NCBI GenBank assembly: GCA_002269645.1
Contig: NIVC01003668.1
Coordinates: 19,962 to 83,961, forward strand
Direction: 5' to 3'
Origin: Macrostomum lignano
Taxonomy: Eukaryota
DNA length: 64,000 nucleotides
A program made the position numbers and the translations under genes. Of this stretch, positions 1-11,594 are shown one piece after another. Under the pieces are notes generated by a model. The model saw nothing but the letters and a program-made list of their open reading frames with translations, searched no databases and was not told the origin of the DNA. How positions within the stretch are numbered: the first letter of the stretch is position 1; every line of letters starts with the position of its first letter.

Positions 1-3000
1 AGCTGAATTGGAGACTGGCGAGCGGCAGCTGCGCGCCGAGCTGTCCACCGCTCTGGGCCGCACGGAGACAAACGACACCGCCCTGCTGCAGCTGCGGACC
101 CGCCTGGCCGAGGCCGAGGCCAAGGCGCAGCAGGCCGAGGCTGGGCTCAAGGACGAACGGAAAGCCCGTCTGGCTGGCGAGGAGCGAGCGAGGGAACTGG
201 CCGAGGCCAGGGATGAGCTGCAGGACAGGGCTGACAGGACCGCTGGTGAGGGCTCTGCTGCCTGACTGCCTCTCCCCTCTCCTGTCTCACCTCCCGTCTC
301 CCATCTCTCCCCTCCCGTCTCTCCCCTCGTGTCTCCCCTCCCGGCTCTCCCCGCTCGTCTCTCCACCTCTCGTCTCTCCCCCTCTCGTCTCCTCCCCTCC
401 CGGCTCTCCCCTCTCCCCTCTGCCCTCTCATCTCTCCCCTCCCGTCTCTCCCCTCTCGTCTCTCCTCCTCTCGTCTCTCCCCTTCCGTCTCTCCCCTCCC
501 GTCTCTCCCCTCTCGTCTCTCCCCTTCCGTCTCTCCCCTCCCGTCTCTCCCCTCCCGTCTCTCCCCTCTCGTCTCTCCCCTCTCGTCTCTCCCCTCTCGT
601 CTCTCCCCTCTCGTCTCTCCCCTCTCGTCTCTCCCCTCCCGTCTCTCCCCTCCCGTCTCTCCCCTCTCGTCTCTCCCCTCCCGTCTCTCCCCTCCCGTCT
701 CTCCCTCTCCCGTCTCTCCCTCTCCCGTCTCTCCCCTCCCGTCTCTCCCCTCTCGTCTCTCCCCTCCCGTCTCTCCCCTCCCGTCTCTCCCCTCCCGTCT
801 CTCCCCTCCCGTCTCTCCCCTCCCGTCTCTCCCCTCTCGTCTCTCCCCTCCCATCTCTCCCCTCTCGTCTCTCCCCTCTCGTCTCTCCCCTCCCGTCTCT
901 CCCCTCTCGTCTCTCCCCTCTCGTCTCTCCCCTATCGTCTCTCCCCTATCGTCTCTCCCCTATCGTCTCTCCCCTCTCGTCTCTCCCCTATCGTCTCTCC
1001 CCTCCCGTCTCTCCCCTATCGTCTCTCCCCTCTCGTCTCTCCCCTATCGTCTCTCCCCTATCGTCTCTCCTCTATCGTCTCTCCCCTCCCGTCTCTCCCC
1101 TATCGTCTCTCCCCTATCGTCTCTCCCCTCCCGTCTCTCCCCTATCGTCTCTCCCCTATCGTCTCTCCCCTCCCGTCTCTCCCCTATCGTCTCTCCCCTA
1201 TCGTCTTGTAGTGACTGTGCATCAGGCCTAGGTGTTGTAACTAACTAACTTTGAGGCTAGAATTGTTCAATTACCTTATATGCATCGTGCGTTCAATCAT
1301 GGTATCGTTGTTTCGATTGCGTAACACTGTTTTCAACGTGCACATGAGTATAAATATATTGAGCGAGACTCAAGTGTCTCCAACTGAATTGAATTTAATC
1401 AATCAACTAGAACACAACAAATGGCGACGAGCGGACTCCCGTACCCAGCGGAGTTTCAACCAGTACCAGGCGAACCTCCTGTGCCATGGGCAAGGTGGAT
1501 CAAGTCATTTGAGAACTTCCTGGTAGCTGGAGCTCTCGAAGAGGCATCAGAGAGTCGGAAAAAGGCGATCCTCCTGCATCTGCTTGGTGAGGAAGGACGC
1601 CGCCGAGCTGCAAACGTCGATGCAAGCAAGTCGCTTCAGGAGACCAAAAAGGCACTGAAGGCGATTTTCAGCTCGTCGAGAAGCGTCATAGCAGAGCGCT
1701 TCGCCTTTCGGCAGCGAGCCCAGCACGACGGCGAGAGCATCGGAGACTACGTGATGGCCCTGAGAGAACTGGCAACAAACTGCAAATTTGACACCTTTCA
1801 CGACGAAATGATTCGAGACCAACTTGTGGAGAAAACCTGCGTACCTCGCATTAGGGAAAGACTCCTGATGGAGGAGGACGATCTGACGCTAGATGACGCC
1901 ATCAAGAAGGCTGAGCGAATCGAAGCAGCCATCAAAGATGCCAAGCAGGTCAGCGGCCCAGAGCTCCACGTGAAGGCGCTGAGCAAGAAGCCGAAGCCAG
2001 CTGCTCGCCATGAGAAGACCGCAGCAGCAGGTCCAAAGTGCACTCGATGCGGAGGCAACCACGGACACAGGGGCGAATGCAAGGCGATGGGCCAGAAATG
2101 CAGACGATGCGGCAAGACGAACCATTTCGCGAAAATGTGCCGCATGAAAGCGGTCTCTGCGATCGACACCAAAGAGCCTGCAGAGTCCAGTCTGACGGTC
2201 CTGGCCGTGAACAACAAGAGCACAGACAGCTTATTCTGCGAATGCCGTCTGGGCGGACAGCTGATTCGACTGCAAATCGACTGCGGTGCTGCCGTTTCGT
2301 TGCTCAACATGGAGACGTTCAAGAAGTCCTTCGCTAGGCACCCGCTGCTTCCGACGAGCACAAAACTGGAGGCATACGGCGGATCTGCGATCAAGACCAT
2401 CGGCAAGGTCGAGCTTCCAGTGACGTTCAACGGCATCAGGACAGAAGCCACATTCTACGTCGCCGACAAAGGAGCGAACATCCTGGGCCGCGACCTGTTT
2501 CAGGCCCTCGGATTCAAAATCTTCCAAGGTGACAACAGAGTGATGAGCATCAGCGAGACTACGATCGAGCGCGACTTCCCCGGAATCTTCGACGGTCTGG
2601 GCCGGTCCAAGAGCTTCATTCACCGGACAAAGATCGACGCCTCGGTCAAGCCAGTGTCTCAGCCAATGCGGAAGCTGCCGATCGGCCTGAAGGACGAAGT
2701 GACGTCAGAGATCAGCCGGATGGAGCAACAGGGCATCATTGAGAAGGTCGACGCGTCCGAGTGGGTTAGCAACGTTGTCGTGACGCGCAAGAAGGAGTCC
2801 AACAAGGTTCGTCTCTGCGTGGATCTGCGGCAGGTCAACAAGGCGGTGATCGCGGACCGCTATCCGGTACCGTCAATCGAGGACCTATCGGCCAGCATCA
2901 ACGGCTCGAAGTGCTTCAGCAAGCTGGACCTGCGTCAAGGCTACCAGCAGATTCCGCTGCATCCAGACTCTCGAGGACTGACGTGCTTCATCACCGATGC

Positions 3001-6000
3001 CGGCCTGTACCAGTTCACCGTGGTGCCATTCGGGCTATCTAGCTCCGGAGCTGCCTTCCAGCGAGCCCTGCAGACGGTGCTTCGAGGAGCTCCTGGCGCC
3101 ATCAACATCGTGGACGACATCCTGGTGCACGGCAAGGACGAGACTGAGCACGACAAGAACCTCCGAGAAGTCCTAGGGCGGATTCATCGCGAAGGCTTCA
3201 CACTCAATCGAGAGAAGTGCAAATTCCGGCAGGCGAGCGTGGATTTCTTCGGATTGGTCATCTCTGCAGACGGCATCAAACCGACCAAGTGCAACGTCGA
3301 CGCAATTCTAAGAATTCCTGAGCCATCAACGGTCGCGCAAATTCAATCGTTTCTCGGGCAGTGAACTTTTTGCACAAGTTCATACCGCATTACTCAGCAA
3401 TTGCCGAGCCTCTGAGACAACTGCTCAAAAAGGACGCGGACTGGCACTGGGGTGAGCGGGAACGTACAGCCTTCCGTACACTCAAGTCAGCCGTAACCAG
3501 CAGCCCAGTGTTAGCTCATTTTGACTGCCAAGCTGAGACGTACGTCACCTGCGATGCAAGTCTAGACGGACTGGGGGCAGTGCTCAGCCAAGTACAAAAC
3601 GAAAAAGAGGTGCCAATCGCGTTCGCATCGAGAGCACTCAGCCCAGCGGAAAAGCGATACTCAGCCGGAGAGCGAGAAGCCCTGGCCTGTGTATGGAGCA
3701 TCGAACGCTGGCACTACTATCTATACGGCAGACGAGTAACGCTGCGCACCGACCACAAGGCCCTGACAACTCTGCTCGACTCGAAAGGCATGGGGCACAG
3801 GCCTCTTCGCATTCATCGATGGGTCGAGAGACTTCGCGGCTACGACGTCCGGTTTGAGCACATCCCTGGCGCTGACAACAAGTGCGCGGACATGCTGTCC
3901 AGATGGGCCACGACGGAGCGCGTTCCAGCCGAGGAGACCGACGAGGAGGGCTACGTCTACGCAGTCGTCGACTCGAAGACAACGCTGACGGCAGACGCAC
4001 TGGCAACGGCGACCAAGGAGGACGAAGTGCTGCAGGCGGTTTTGCAGTACATCTCGGGCGGCTGGCCAACGAAGGTGGACAGCTCTCTAAAGCCGTACTT
4101 CAACGTCCGGGACGAGCTGTTCTGCTGGAACAACGGTCAGTGCCTCGGTCGTGGTGAACGCGCGATCATCCCGACGAGCCTGCGACTTCAAGTCATCGAG
4201 GAGGCCCACGAAGGGCATCCGGGCGTCGTTCGGTCAAAGCAGCGGTGCCGCGACACGGTCTGGTTTCCTGGAATTGACCGGCAGGTGGAGGACTACGTCA
4301 AGAACTGCACGGCCTGCACTCTGGCGGAGAAGTCCGGCAAGCCTCAACAGACGATTGTGACACCAATCGAGTGGCCAGATGGACCGTGGGACAAGGTCGA
4401 GATCGACATCTTCGGCGAGGTCGCCGCGGCTCCTCGACACCAGCGGTTTCTACTGGTGATCCACGACCTGTACAGCAAGTGGCCGGAGATTGCAGCCATG
4501 GAAACCGTCACCTCTGCCAACATCATCAAGACGCTTCGGAAGCTATTCGGCCGGTGGGGAGTCCCGAAGATGCTGATCAGCGACAACGGACCCCAGTTCG
4601 TCAGCGACGAGTTCGAAGAGTTCCTGCGAGCCGAGGGCATCAAGCACAGCCGAGTGAGCCGGTACTACCCGCAAGGCAACGGCGGAGTTGAGCGATTCAA
4701 CCGGAGTCTGAAGGAGGGCCTGGCAGCGAACCTGAGGGCGGGAGCGAAGTTCGAGGACGCCATCGACCTGGTGCTCAAGACCTACAGGACCAGCCAGCAC
4801 GCTCTCACCGGGCTGACTCCAGCCGAGCTGATGATCGGGCGCAAGCTGCGGTCCGGACTGCAGCTGCTCAGGCCAACTCCAGTGCAACAGCGGGACGACA
4901 GCGATCTGCGCGACGCTATCATTGAGAGGCAAGCCAAGAACGCCGACTACACCAACAAGCGAAGGCGGGCTCGTGACTCTATGCTCCAGGCCGGAGACTG
5001 GGTCTGGCGACAGACGCCGCACCGAGCGCACAAGCTGGCGACCCGACTGAAGGAACCGCTAAAGATCGCCTCCAAAGCAGGGCGCAACACCTTCGTGCTG
5101 TCCGACGGTACAAAGTGGCAAGCGAGTCGGCTGGTTAAGTGCAACAGCCCACCGGCTGACAACGGCGCGGCCGACCAAGAGGACGACTGGTTCGATTTGC
5201 CGCTGCCGCCGGCTCCGCCCCCACGGACGGGCGAGCCGCCACCTCCACCTGAGCTTCGAAGGTCAACTCGAGCTCGACGGCAACCGGCGCGTTATCCTCT
5301 TCCGGAAGGGGGAGAATGTAGTGACTGTGCATCAGGCCTAGGTGTTGTAACTAACTAACTTTGAGGCTAGAATTGTTCAATTACCTTATATGCATCGTGC
5401 GTTCAATCATGGTATCGTTGTTTCGATTGCGTAACACTGTTTTCAACGTGCACATGAGTATAAATATATTGAGCGAGACTCAAGTGTCTCCAACTGAATT
5501 GAATTTAATCAATCAACTAGAACACAACACGTCTCTCCCCTCCCGTCTCTCCCCTATCGTCTCTCCCCTATCGTCTCTCCCCTATCGTCTCTCCTCTCGT
5601 TTCTTCCCTTTCTTTGCTTTCCCATTCCGACCCTCCCCACTTCTTCCTCAACTCGCACCCTACTTTATTTCCTTCCATTTGACCGCTCAGCCTCCCCATC
5701 CAACCCCTCCCATTCCCGCAGCCCAGCTGCAGGATTCCCGCGCCAAGCTGGCCGCCGAGCGCCAACAATTCGATGCCGATTTGGCGGCCGCTCGCGAGGC
5801 CGGCGACGCCGCCGCTGCCAGCCTGCGCGAGGAGCTCCGACGCTGCCGCACGGCCGGAGATCGCGACTTCGCCCAGCGCGCCGCCGACATTGAAGCCTCG
5901 GCTGAGCGGGCCTGGCGAGAGAAATGCGACCGGCTGGTGGAACTCGAACGGGAACGGGCTGCCCGGTTGCTAGGCGACGCCGAGACCGAGCGGGCCAAAC

Positions 6001-9000
6001 TGGCCGGCCAGCTCGAGGAAGCGGCCAAACGGCTGGCCGAAGCTCGGACCGGGTCGCACGAGCGCCAGACTGCTCTGGACGAGACCAGGGAGCTGCTGGA
6101 CGAGGCACAGGCCAAGGTGCGTCCTGGGCTGCCTGTCTAATCTGATTTCTTGTCTCTAATCTCTCTCATCTAATCTCATTATCTCTAGTCTTATTGTCTC
6201 TTATCTCTCTCATCTAATCTCATTATCTCTAGTCTTATTGTCTCTATCTCTCTCGTCTAATCTCATAATCTCTAGTCTAATTGTCTCTAATCTCTCTCAT
6301 CTAATCTCATCATCTCTAGTCTTATTGTCTGTTATCTCTCTCGTCTAATCTCATTATCTGTAGTCTTATTGTCTCTTATCTCTCTCGCCTAATCTCATTA
6401 TCTCTAGTCTTATTGTCTGTTATCTCTCTCGTCTAATCTCATTATCTCTAGTCTTATTGTATCTTATCTCTCTCATCTAATCTCATAATCTCTAGTCTTA
6501 TTGTCTGTTATCTCTCTCGTCCAATCTCATTATCTGTAGTCTTATTGTCTCTTATCTCTCTCGTCTAATCTCATTATCTCTAGTCTCGTTGTCTTTAATC
6601 TCTCTCATCTAATCTCATTATCTCTAGTCTCGTTGTCTTTAATCTCTTTCACCCAATCTCATTAGCTCTCATCTAGTCTCACTAACTCTAATCTCGATGT
6701 CTCCATAATCTCTCTCATCTAATCTCATTATCTTTCATCTAGTCTTATTATCTGTAGTCTCATTCTCTCATCTCCTTGGCTGATCTCCATGTCTCTTATC
6801 TCTCATCTAATCTCATTATTTCTCATCTAGTCTCATTATCTAATCTTCCTATCTGATCTCATAGTCTCTTATCTCTAATCTCAGTCTCTAATCTCACCAT
6901 CTGATATCATTCTCTCTAATCTCTCTCATCTCTCAAGATACAAGGCGCATCTAATCTCACTTTGGCAGGTAGAGAAAACTCGCGCTCAAGCGTTGAAACT
7001 GAAGCAGCGACTGGAAGAGCAACTGGAGGCGACAGCGGCTGACCGAGATGCCCTGCAGGCTAAGCTGGAAGAAGCCGAACAGCGATTGCTGACGCGTCAG
7101 AAAGAGAATCAATCGGAGACTGGAAAGAGTGTATCAGGAGAGGTGGGCACTGCTAGAGCGATAGTTACTTTTAATCCTGAGAAAAACAATTTCCTAAAAT
7201 ATGATTTTCAACTTTTTAGCTCAAAACTGTCATGAACGGAGTGTTTCAATCGTTGCGACGTAAGATTGATCCTAACAAACGTTACAGCGGCGAGAAAGTG
7301 TTGCAAACTCTGCTTTTAGTGATTAAGGTACGTTCGGTGTAACAGGATATTTCTGGGGCCACGGGTTGAAGCTTTACTGGCTGGATGGCTGGCTAGGAGT
7401 GAGACAGAACGCCTTCTTTATGTACATTGGGGCAGAGGGGGTTGAAGCTTCACTGGCTGGCTGGCTAGGAGTGAGACAGAACACCTTCTTTATGTACATT
7501 GGGGCAGAGGGGGTTGAAGCTTCACTGGCTGGCTGGCTAGAAGTGAGGTGGGCCGCCTTATCTATGCACATTGGGGCAGAGGGGGTTTGAAGCTTCACTG
7601 GTTGGCTGGCTAGGAGTGGGGCGGGCCGCCTTCTCTATGTACACTGGGGCAGAGGGTGTTGAAGCTTCACTGGCTGGCTGGCTGGGAGTGGGGCGGGCCG
7701 CCTTCTCTATGTACACTGGGGCAGAAGGGGTTGAAGCTTCACTCGCTGGCTGGCTAGGAGTGGGACGGGCCGCCTTCTCTATGTACAGTGGGAGAGGGGG
7801 GGTTGAATCCTACCTATTCACTATTTTACTTACCGCAGAAAGAGACGCTGCGTGCCACCGGAGAACTGGCGGAAAATGACGATGAGGAAGAAGACGAAGA
7901 AGAAGACGAGGATGAGGAGGCATCCAGCGAGGCTGAAGATGAAGACAAAGACGAAGTTGATAATGCAGATGAAAAGCCGACAATAGACGAGGCAGCCGAA
8001 GAGGACAAAGAAGTTGCCGCCATTGCAGCGGCCGCCGACGCCTTAGGCGGAACTGTCGACGTTGAGCCGTCAACTCCGCCGACTTCGCCAGGCGAGCACT
8101 CTCACTCGGAGCTGGTCGTCAGCGCCGCCGAGAAGCTCCACCGTCAGGAAATCAGCGCTCGTTTAAGCGCCCTGTCGCCATCGTCAGCTCTGGCGCCTGA
8201 TGGTGCAGCAGCAGCGGCGGCGGCGGCGGCGCCGAGCGCCGATGATTTTCGACCGCTGCCTAGCGGCGGTCCGTCGACGCCGCCAGCCACGCCGGAGCCG
8301 GGCGGCCGTTATCGAATTCGGGGCGCGGCAGCAATAGCGTCGGCGATGGCGCCGTTTCGCCGCCGTTGCTTGGCGCCGCAGCCGCAGCGGCTGCTGGGGG
8401 CGCCGACGAGGACGGCATGGCTGCCGGTGGCGACGCTGACGAAGGTCGCGGCGGCGGCGGCCTCGAGGATTCTGGCACATTCGACGAGTTTGATAGTAAA
8501 GTTCGGTCGCCCGAAAATCGGCCGAATCTGCACGATGATGAGGAAGAGGAAGCGGATGAAGATGCTGGGGGAAATGTGGTCATTGCGGCTCCCATCGCAG
8601 TTCGCCTGGAACCTGGTGTATCTGGGGATGAGAAGGCTTCGTCAGATGATGATCGTGCAGGCAGGGAGAGCCCGCCGCCTATGGAGGAAGAGGAAAATCC
8701 GGATGCGACTGAAAAGCCGGCATCAAATAATGGGGAAATCCCATCCGAGGACAGGGAAATCCCATCCGAGAACAGGGAAATCCCATCCGAGGACAGGGAA
8801 ATTCCATCTGAGGACAGGGAAATCCCATCCGAGGACAGGGAAATCCCATCCAAGGACAGGGAAATCCCATCCGAGGACAGGGAAATCCCATCCGAGGACA
8901 GAGAAATCCCATCCGAGGACAGGGAAATCCCATCCGAGGACAAGAAAATCATATCAGAAGAGGATCAACCTTCTGTTGATGTGACAACTGAGGAAGAGAA

Positions 9001-11594
9001 AGTTAAAGATGCCCTGCCTTCCGAAGAAAAACCCGTTAGCGTCGACAAGGTCAATGATAATGAAGGTCAGAGTGCAGCAACCGGCCAGCCATCGGATCCG
9101 ACCTCACCGCTGCCGCCAGCTCCCAAGCTTAAGGAGTAAGTCCGAGTGATTAAAAATACAGAATTGCAAAATCAAAAAATTATCGAAACTTTGAACAAAT
9201 ATTTTGCAGCATCTTTGCCGACTCCGATAGCGATGAAGAATCACCCGCCGCTGCAGCTTCACTTAGCAAGCAGCAGCAGCAAAAGTCTAGCTCAAACAGT
9301 CAGCAAAAACATTCAACGGTTTCCGTTGAAAAGAAGTCTAAAGTTCCGAAGTAAGTTGCCTGTCTTGAATTGTAGGTCATTTTTCTATGTCTTTGTTTTG
9401 AAACAGATTTTACTGTTTAATTTTTGCAATTTTACAGCATATTTGGAGACGAAGATAGTGACGAAGATGAAGAAAGTGCCTTTGGCAAGTCTTTGTTTAA
9501 GAAGAAAGACGAAGAGCAACCAACTCCTGCTGCTGAGAAAGTAAGTCTTTTGAAGAAAGTTGATTTGCCTAGTATTTAATGCCTCACTTCTATTTATACT
9601 TCACAATGTAAATCGACTTACATAACTATTCTAGCCCTCTGCCCGCCACTGAAGCTTCAATTGTCTTTTCCTCCTGTGTACATTCGTTATTCTCTCTATC
9701 CCTAAGTGAAAAAAGCTTCAAACCCCTCTTTATAGTGTACATTTGCCGATTGAATTATCTAGCCTCCCCAGCCAGTTAGTGACAATTCAAACCTCTCTCT
9801 CCCACAGTGTACATTTGCCGATTGAATTATCTAGCCTCCCCAGCCAGTTAGTGACAATTCAAACCTCTCTCTCCAACAGTGTACATTTGCCGATTGAATT
9901 ATCTAGCCTCCCCAGCCAGTTAGTGACAATTCAAACCTCTCTCTCCAACAGTGTACATTTGCCGATTGAATTATCTAGCCTCCCCAGCCAGTTAGTGACA
10001 ATTCAAACCTCTCTCTCCCACAGTGTACATTTGCCGATTGAATTATCTAGCCTCCCCAACCAGTTAGTGAAAATTCAAACCCCCCTCTCTCTCCCGCAGT
10101 GTAAATTTGCCGATTGAATTATCTAGCCTCCCCAGCCAGTTAGTGAAAATTCAAACCCCCCTCTCTCTCCCACAGTGTACATTTGCCGATTGAATTATCT
10201 AGCCTCCCCAGCCAGTTAGTGAAAATTCAAACCCCCCTCTCTCTCCCACAGTGTACATTTGCCGATTGAATTATCTAGCCTCCCCAGCCAGTTAGTGAAA
10301 ATTCAAACCCCCCTCTCTCTCCCACAGTGTACATTTGCCGATTGAATTATCTAGCCTCCCCAGCCAGTTAGTGAAAATTCAAACCCCCTCTCTCTCCCAC
10401 AGTGTACATTTGCCGATTGAATTATCTAGCCTCCCCAGCCAGTTAGTGACAATTCAAACCTCTCTCTCCCACAGTGTACATTTGCCGATTGAATTATCTA
10501 GCCTCCCCAGCCAGTTAGTGACAATTCAAACCTCTCTCTCCAACAGTGTACATTTGCCGATTGAATTATCTAGCCTCCCCAGCCAGTTAGTGACAATTCA
10601 AACCTCTCTCTCCAACAGTGTACATTTGCCGATTGAATTATCTAGCCTCCCCAGCCAGTTAGTGACAATTCAAACCTCTCTCTCCCACAGTGTACATTTG
10701 CCGATTGAATTATCTAGCCTCCCCAACCAGTTAGTGAAAATTCAAACCCCCCTCTCTCTCCCGCAGTGTAAATTTGCCGATTGAATTATCTAGCCTCCCC
10801 AGCCAGTTAGTGAAAATTCAAACCCCCCTCTCTCTCCCACAGTGTACATTTGCCGATTGAATTATCTAGCCTCCCCAGCCAGTTAGTGAAAATTCAAACC
10901 CCCTCTCTCTCCCGCAGTGTAAATTTGCCGATTTAATTATCTAGCCTCCCCAGCCAGTTAGTGAAAATTCAAACCCCCCTCTCTCTCCCACAGTGTACAT
11001 TTGCCGATTGAATTATCTAGCCTCCCCAGCCAGTTAGTGAAAATTCAAACCCCCCTCTCTCTCCCACAGTGTACATTTGCCGATTGAATTATCTAGCCTC
11101 CCCAGCCAGTTAGTGACAATTCAAACCTCTCTCTCCCACAGTGTACATTTGCCGATTGAATTATCTAGCCTCCCCAGCCAGTTAGTGACAATTCAAACCT
11201 CTCTCTCCCACAGTGTACATTTGCCGATTGAATTATCTAGCCTCCCCAGCCAGTTAGTGACAATTCAAACCTCTCTCTCCCACAGTGTACATTTGCCGAT
11301 TGAATTATCTAGCCTCCCCAGCCAGTTAGTGAAAATTCAAACCTCTCTCTCCCACAGTGTACATTTGCCGATTGAATTATCTAGCCTCCCCAGCCAGTTA
11401 GTGAAACTTCAGACGCCTCTACTTCAGTGTACATCAACTAGTGCATAAAAGTACATAAAAATTTAATACAAAAACAATGAAATTCAAATCCTTATCTTAA
11501 ATTTAAGCCTACCGCTGCCGCCACCACGGCCGGGAAACCGAAGCCACTGTTCAGTGACGACGAAGATGACGATAGCATGGATTGGCTTAAATAA
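1..11594 (+). CDS. FKBP15: FKBP15/WAFL-like protein, 3' part (coiled coil plus acidic disordered tail); 5' end lies outside the window
   Basis: Phase-compatible GT-AG exons deduced by hand: <1-245, 5722-6116, 6969-7142, 7839-9135 (one unexplained frame change near 8264-8365), 9210-9350, 9438-9540, 11508-11594. E/A/R/L-rich coiled coil, then acidic motifs DIFADSDSDEE and NIFGDEDSDEDEE. The C-terminus KPKPLFSDDEDDDSMDWLK* resembles the FKBP15 end as I recall it (LFGDDDDDDDIDWLG). The FKBP domain is not in the window, so the symbol is tentative. Confidence 0.6.
270..1206. repeat. CT-rich 14-bp minisatellite (TCCCGTCTCTCCCC variants) in an FKBP15-like intron; resumes at 5530-5600
   Basis: Tandem units seen directly; ORF translations repeat every 14 aa (3 x 14 bp). 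Confidence 0.95.
1207..1419 (+). repeat. 5' LTR of Gypsy family A
   Basis: TGTAGTG...AACACAACA, identical to 5317-5529; contains TATAAATA. Confidence 0.97.
1421..5358 (+). CDS. Gag-Pol polyprotein of family A, split by a 1-nt frameshift at ~3358
   Basis: Cys/His knuckles CTRCGGNHGHRGEC and CRRCGKTNHFAKMC; protease IDCGA; RT NIVDDIL; RNase H TCDASLDG; integrase H-H-C-C and D,D,E (IDIF, SDNGPQF, VERFNR). ORFs 1421-3364 and 3361-5358 join into FLG-A-VNF if one G is restored in GGG at 3356-3358. Confidence 0.92.
1422..1431 (+). promoter_or_regulatory. Primer-binding site, probably tRNA-Ser(GCU)
   Basis: TGGCGACGAG begins 3 nt after the LTR and is complementary to the CUCGUCG-CCA 3' end recalled for metazoan tRNA-Ser(GCU). 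Confidence 0.7.
5304..5316 (+). promoter_or_regulatory. Polypurine tract, family A
   Basis: GGAAGGGGGAGAA directly abuts the 3' LTR. Confidence 0.9.
5317..5529 (+). repeat. 3' LTR of Gypsy family A
   Basis: Identical to 1207-1419; followed by TSD CGTCT. Confidence 0.97.
6150..6940. repeat. ~43-44-bp intronic minisatellite, degenerating rightwards
   Basis: TAATCTCATTATCTCTAGTCTTATTGTC recurs at 43-44-bp spacing. Confidence 0.9.
7365..7805. repeat. 72-bp intronic minisatellite
   Basis: TTGAAGCTTCACTGGCTGGCTGGC...TGTACA(T/C)TGGGGCAGAGGG repeated about 6 times. Confidence 0.9.
8730..8945 (+). repeat. Coding 21-bp minisatellite (EIPSEDR x ~10) inside an FKBP15-like exon
   Basis: GAAATCCCATCCGAGGACAGG units lie in the open frame 8366-9135. 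Confidence 0.9.
9725..11430. repeat. 72/76-bp intronic minisatellite
   Basis: CAGTGTACATTTGCCGATTGAATTATCTAGCCTCCCCAGCCAGTTAGTGA... repeated >20 times; 24-aa periodicity in the ORF track. Confidence 0.95.

Larger units (their letters stand above)
1207..5529 (+). mobile_element. Full-length Ty3/Gypsy LTR retrotransposon, family A (Mag-like), 4323 bp
   Basis: Identical 213-bp TG...CA LTRs (1207-1419, 5317-5529), 5-bp TSD CGTCT (1202-1206, 5530-5534), PBS 1422-1431, PPT 5304-5316, domain order gag-PR-RT-RH-IN. Confidence 0.97.

Noticed and set aside
147-1231. Long ORFs over the CT-rich array, and similar ORFs over other arrays (9743-11448, 12294-13158, 16583-17005, 19145-19997, 21954-22599, 53655-54649)
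   Set aside because: Stop-free translations of tandem repeats located in introns or intergenic DNA; no coding evidence.
3350-3365. Programmed frameshift in family A pol
   Set aside because: It falls inside the conserved FLGxVNF motif with no slippery heptamer; a 1-nt deletion or error is simpler.
8750-8930. GGGAAATCCC kB-site repeats in the coding minisatellite
   Set aside because: Explained by the EIP codons; no independent evidence of regulatory use.
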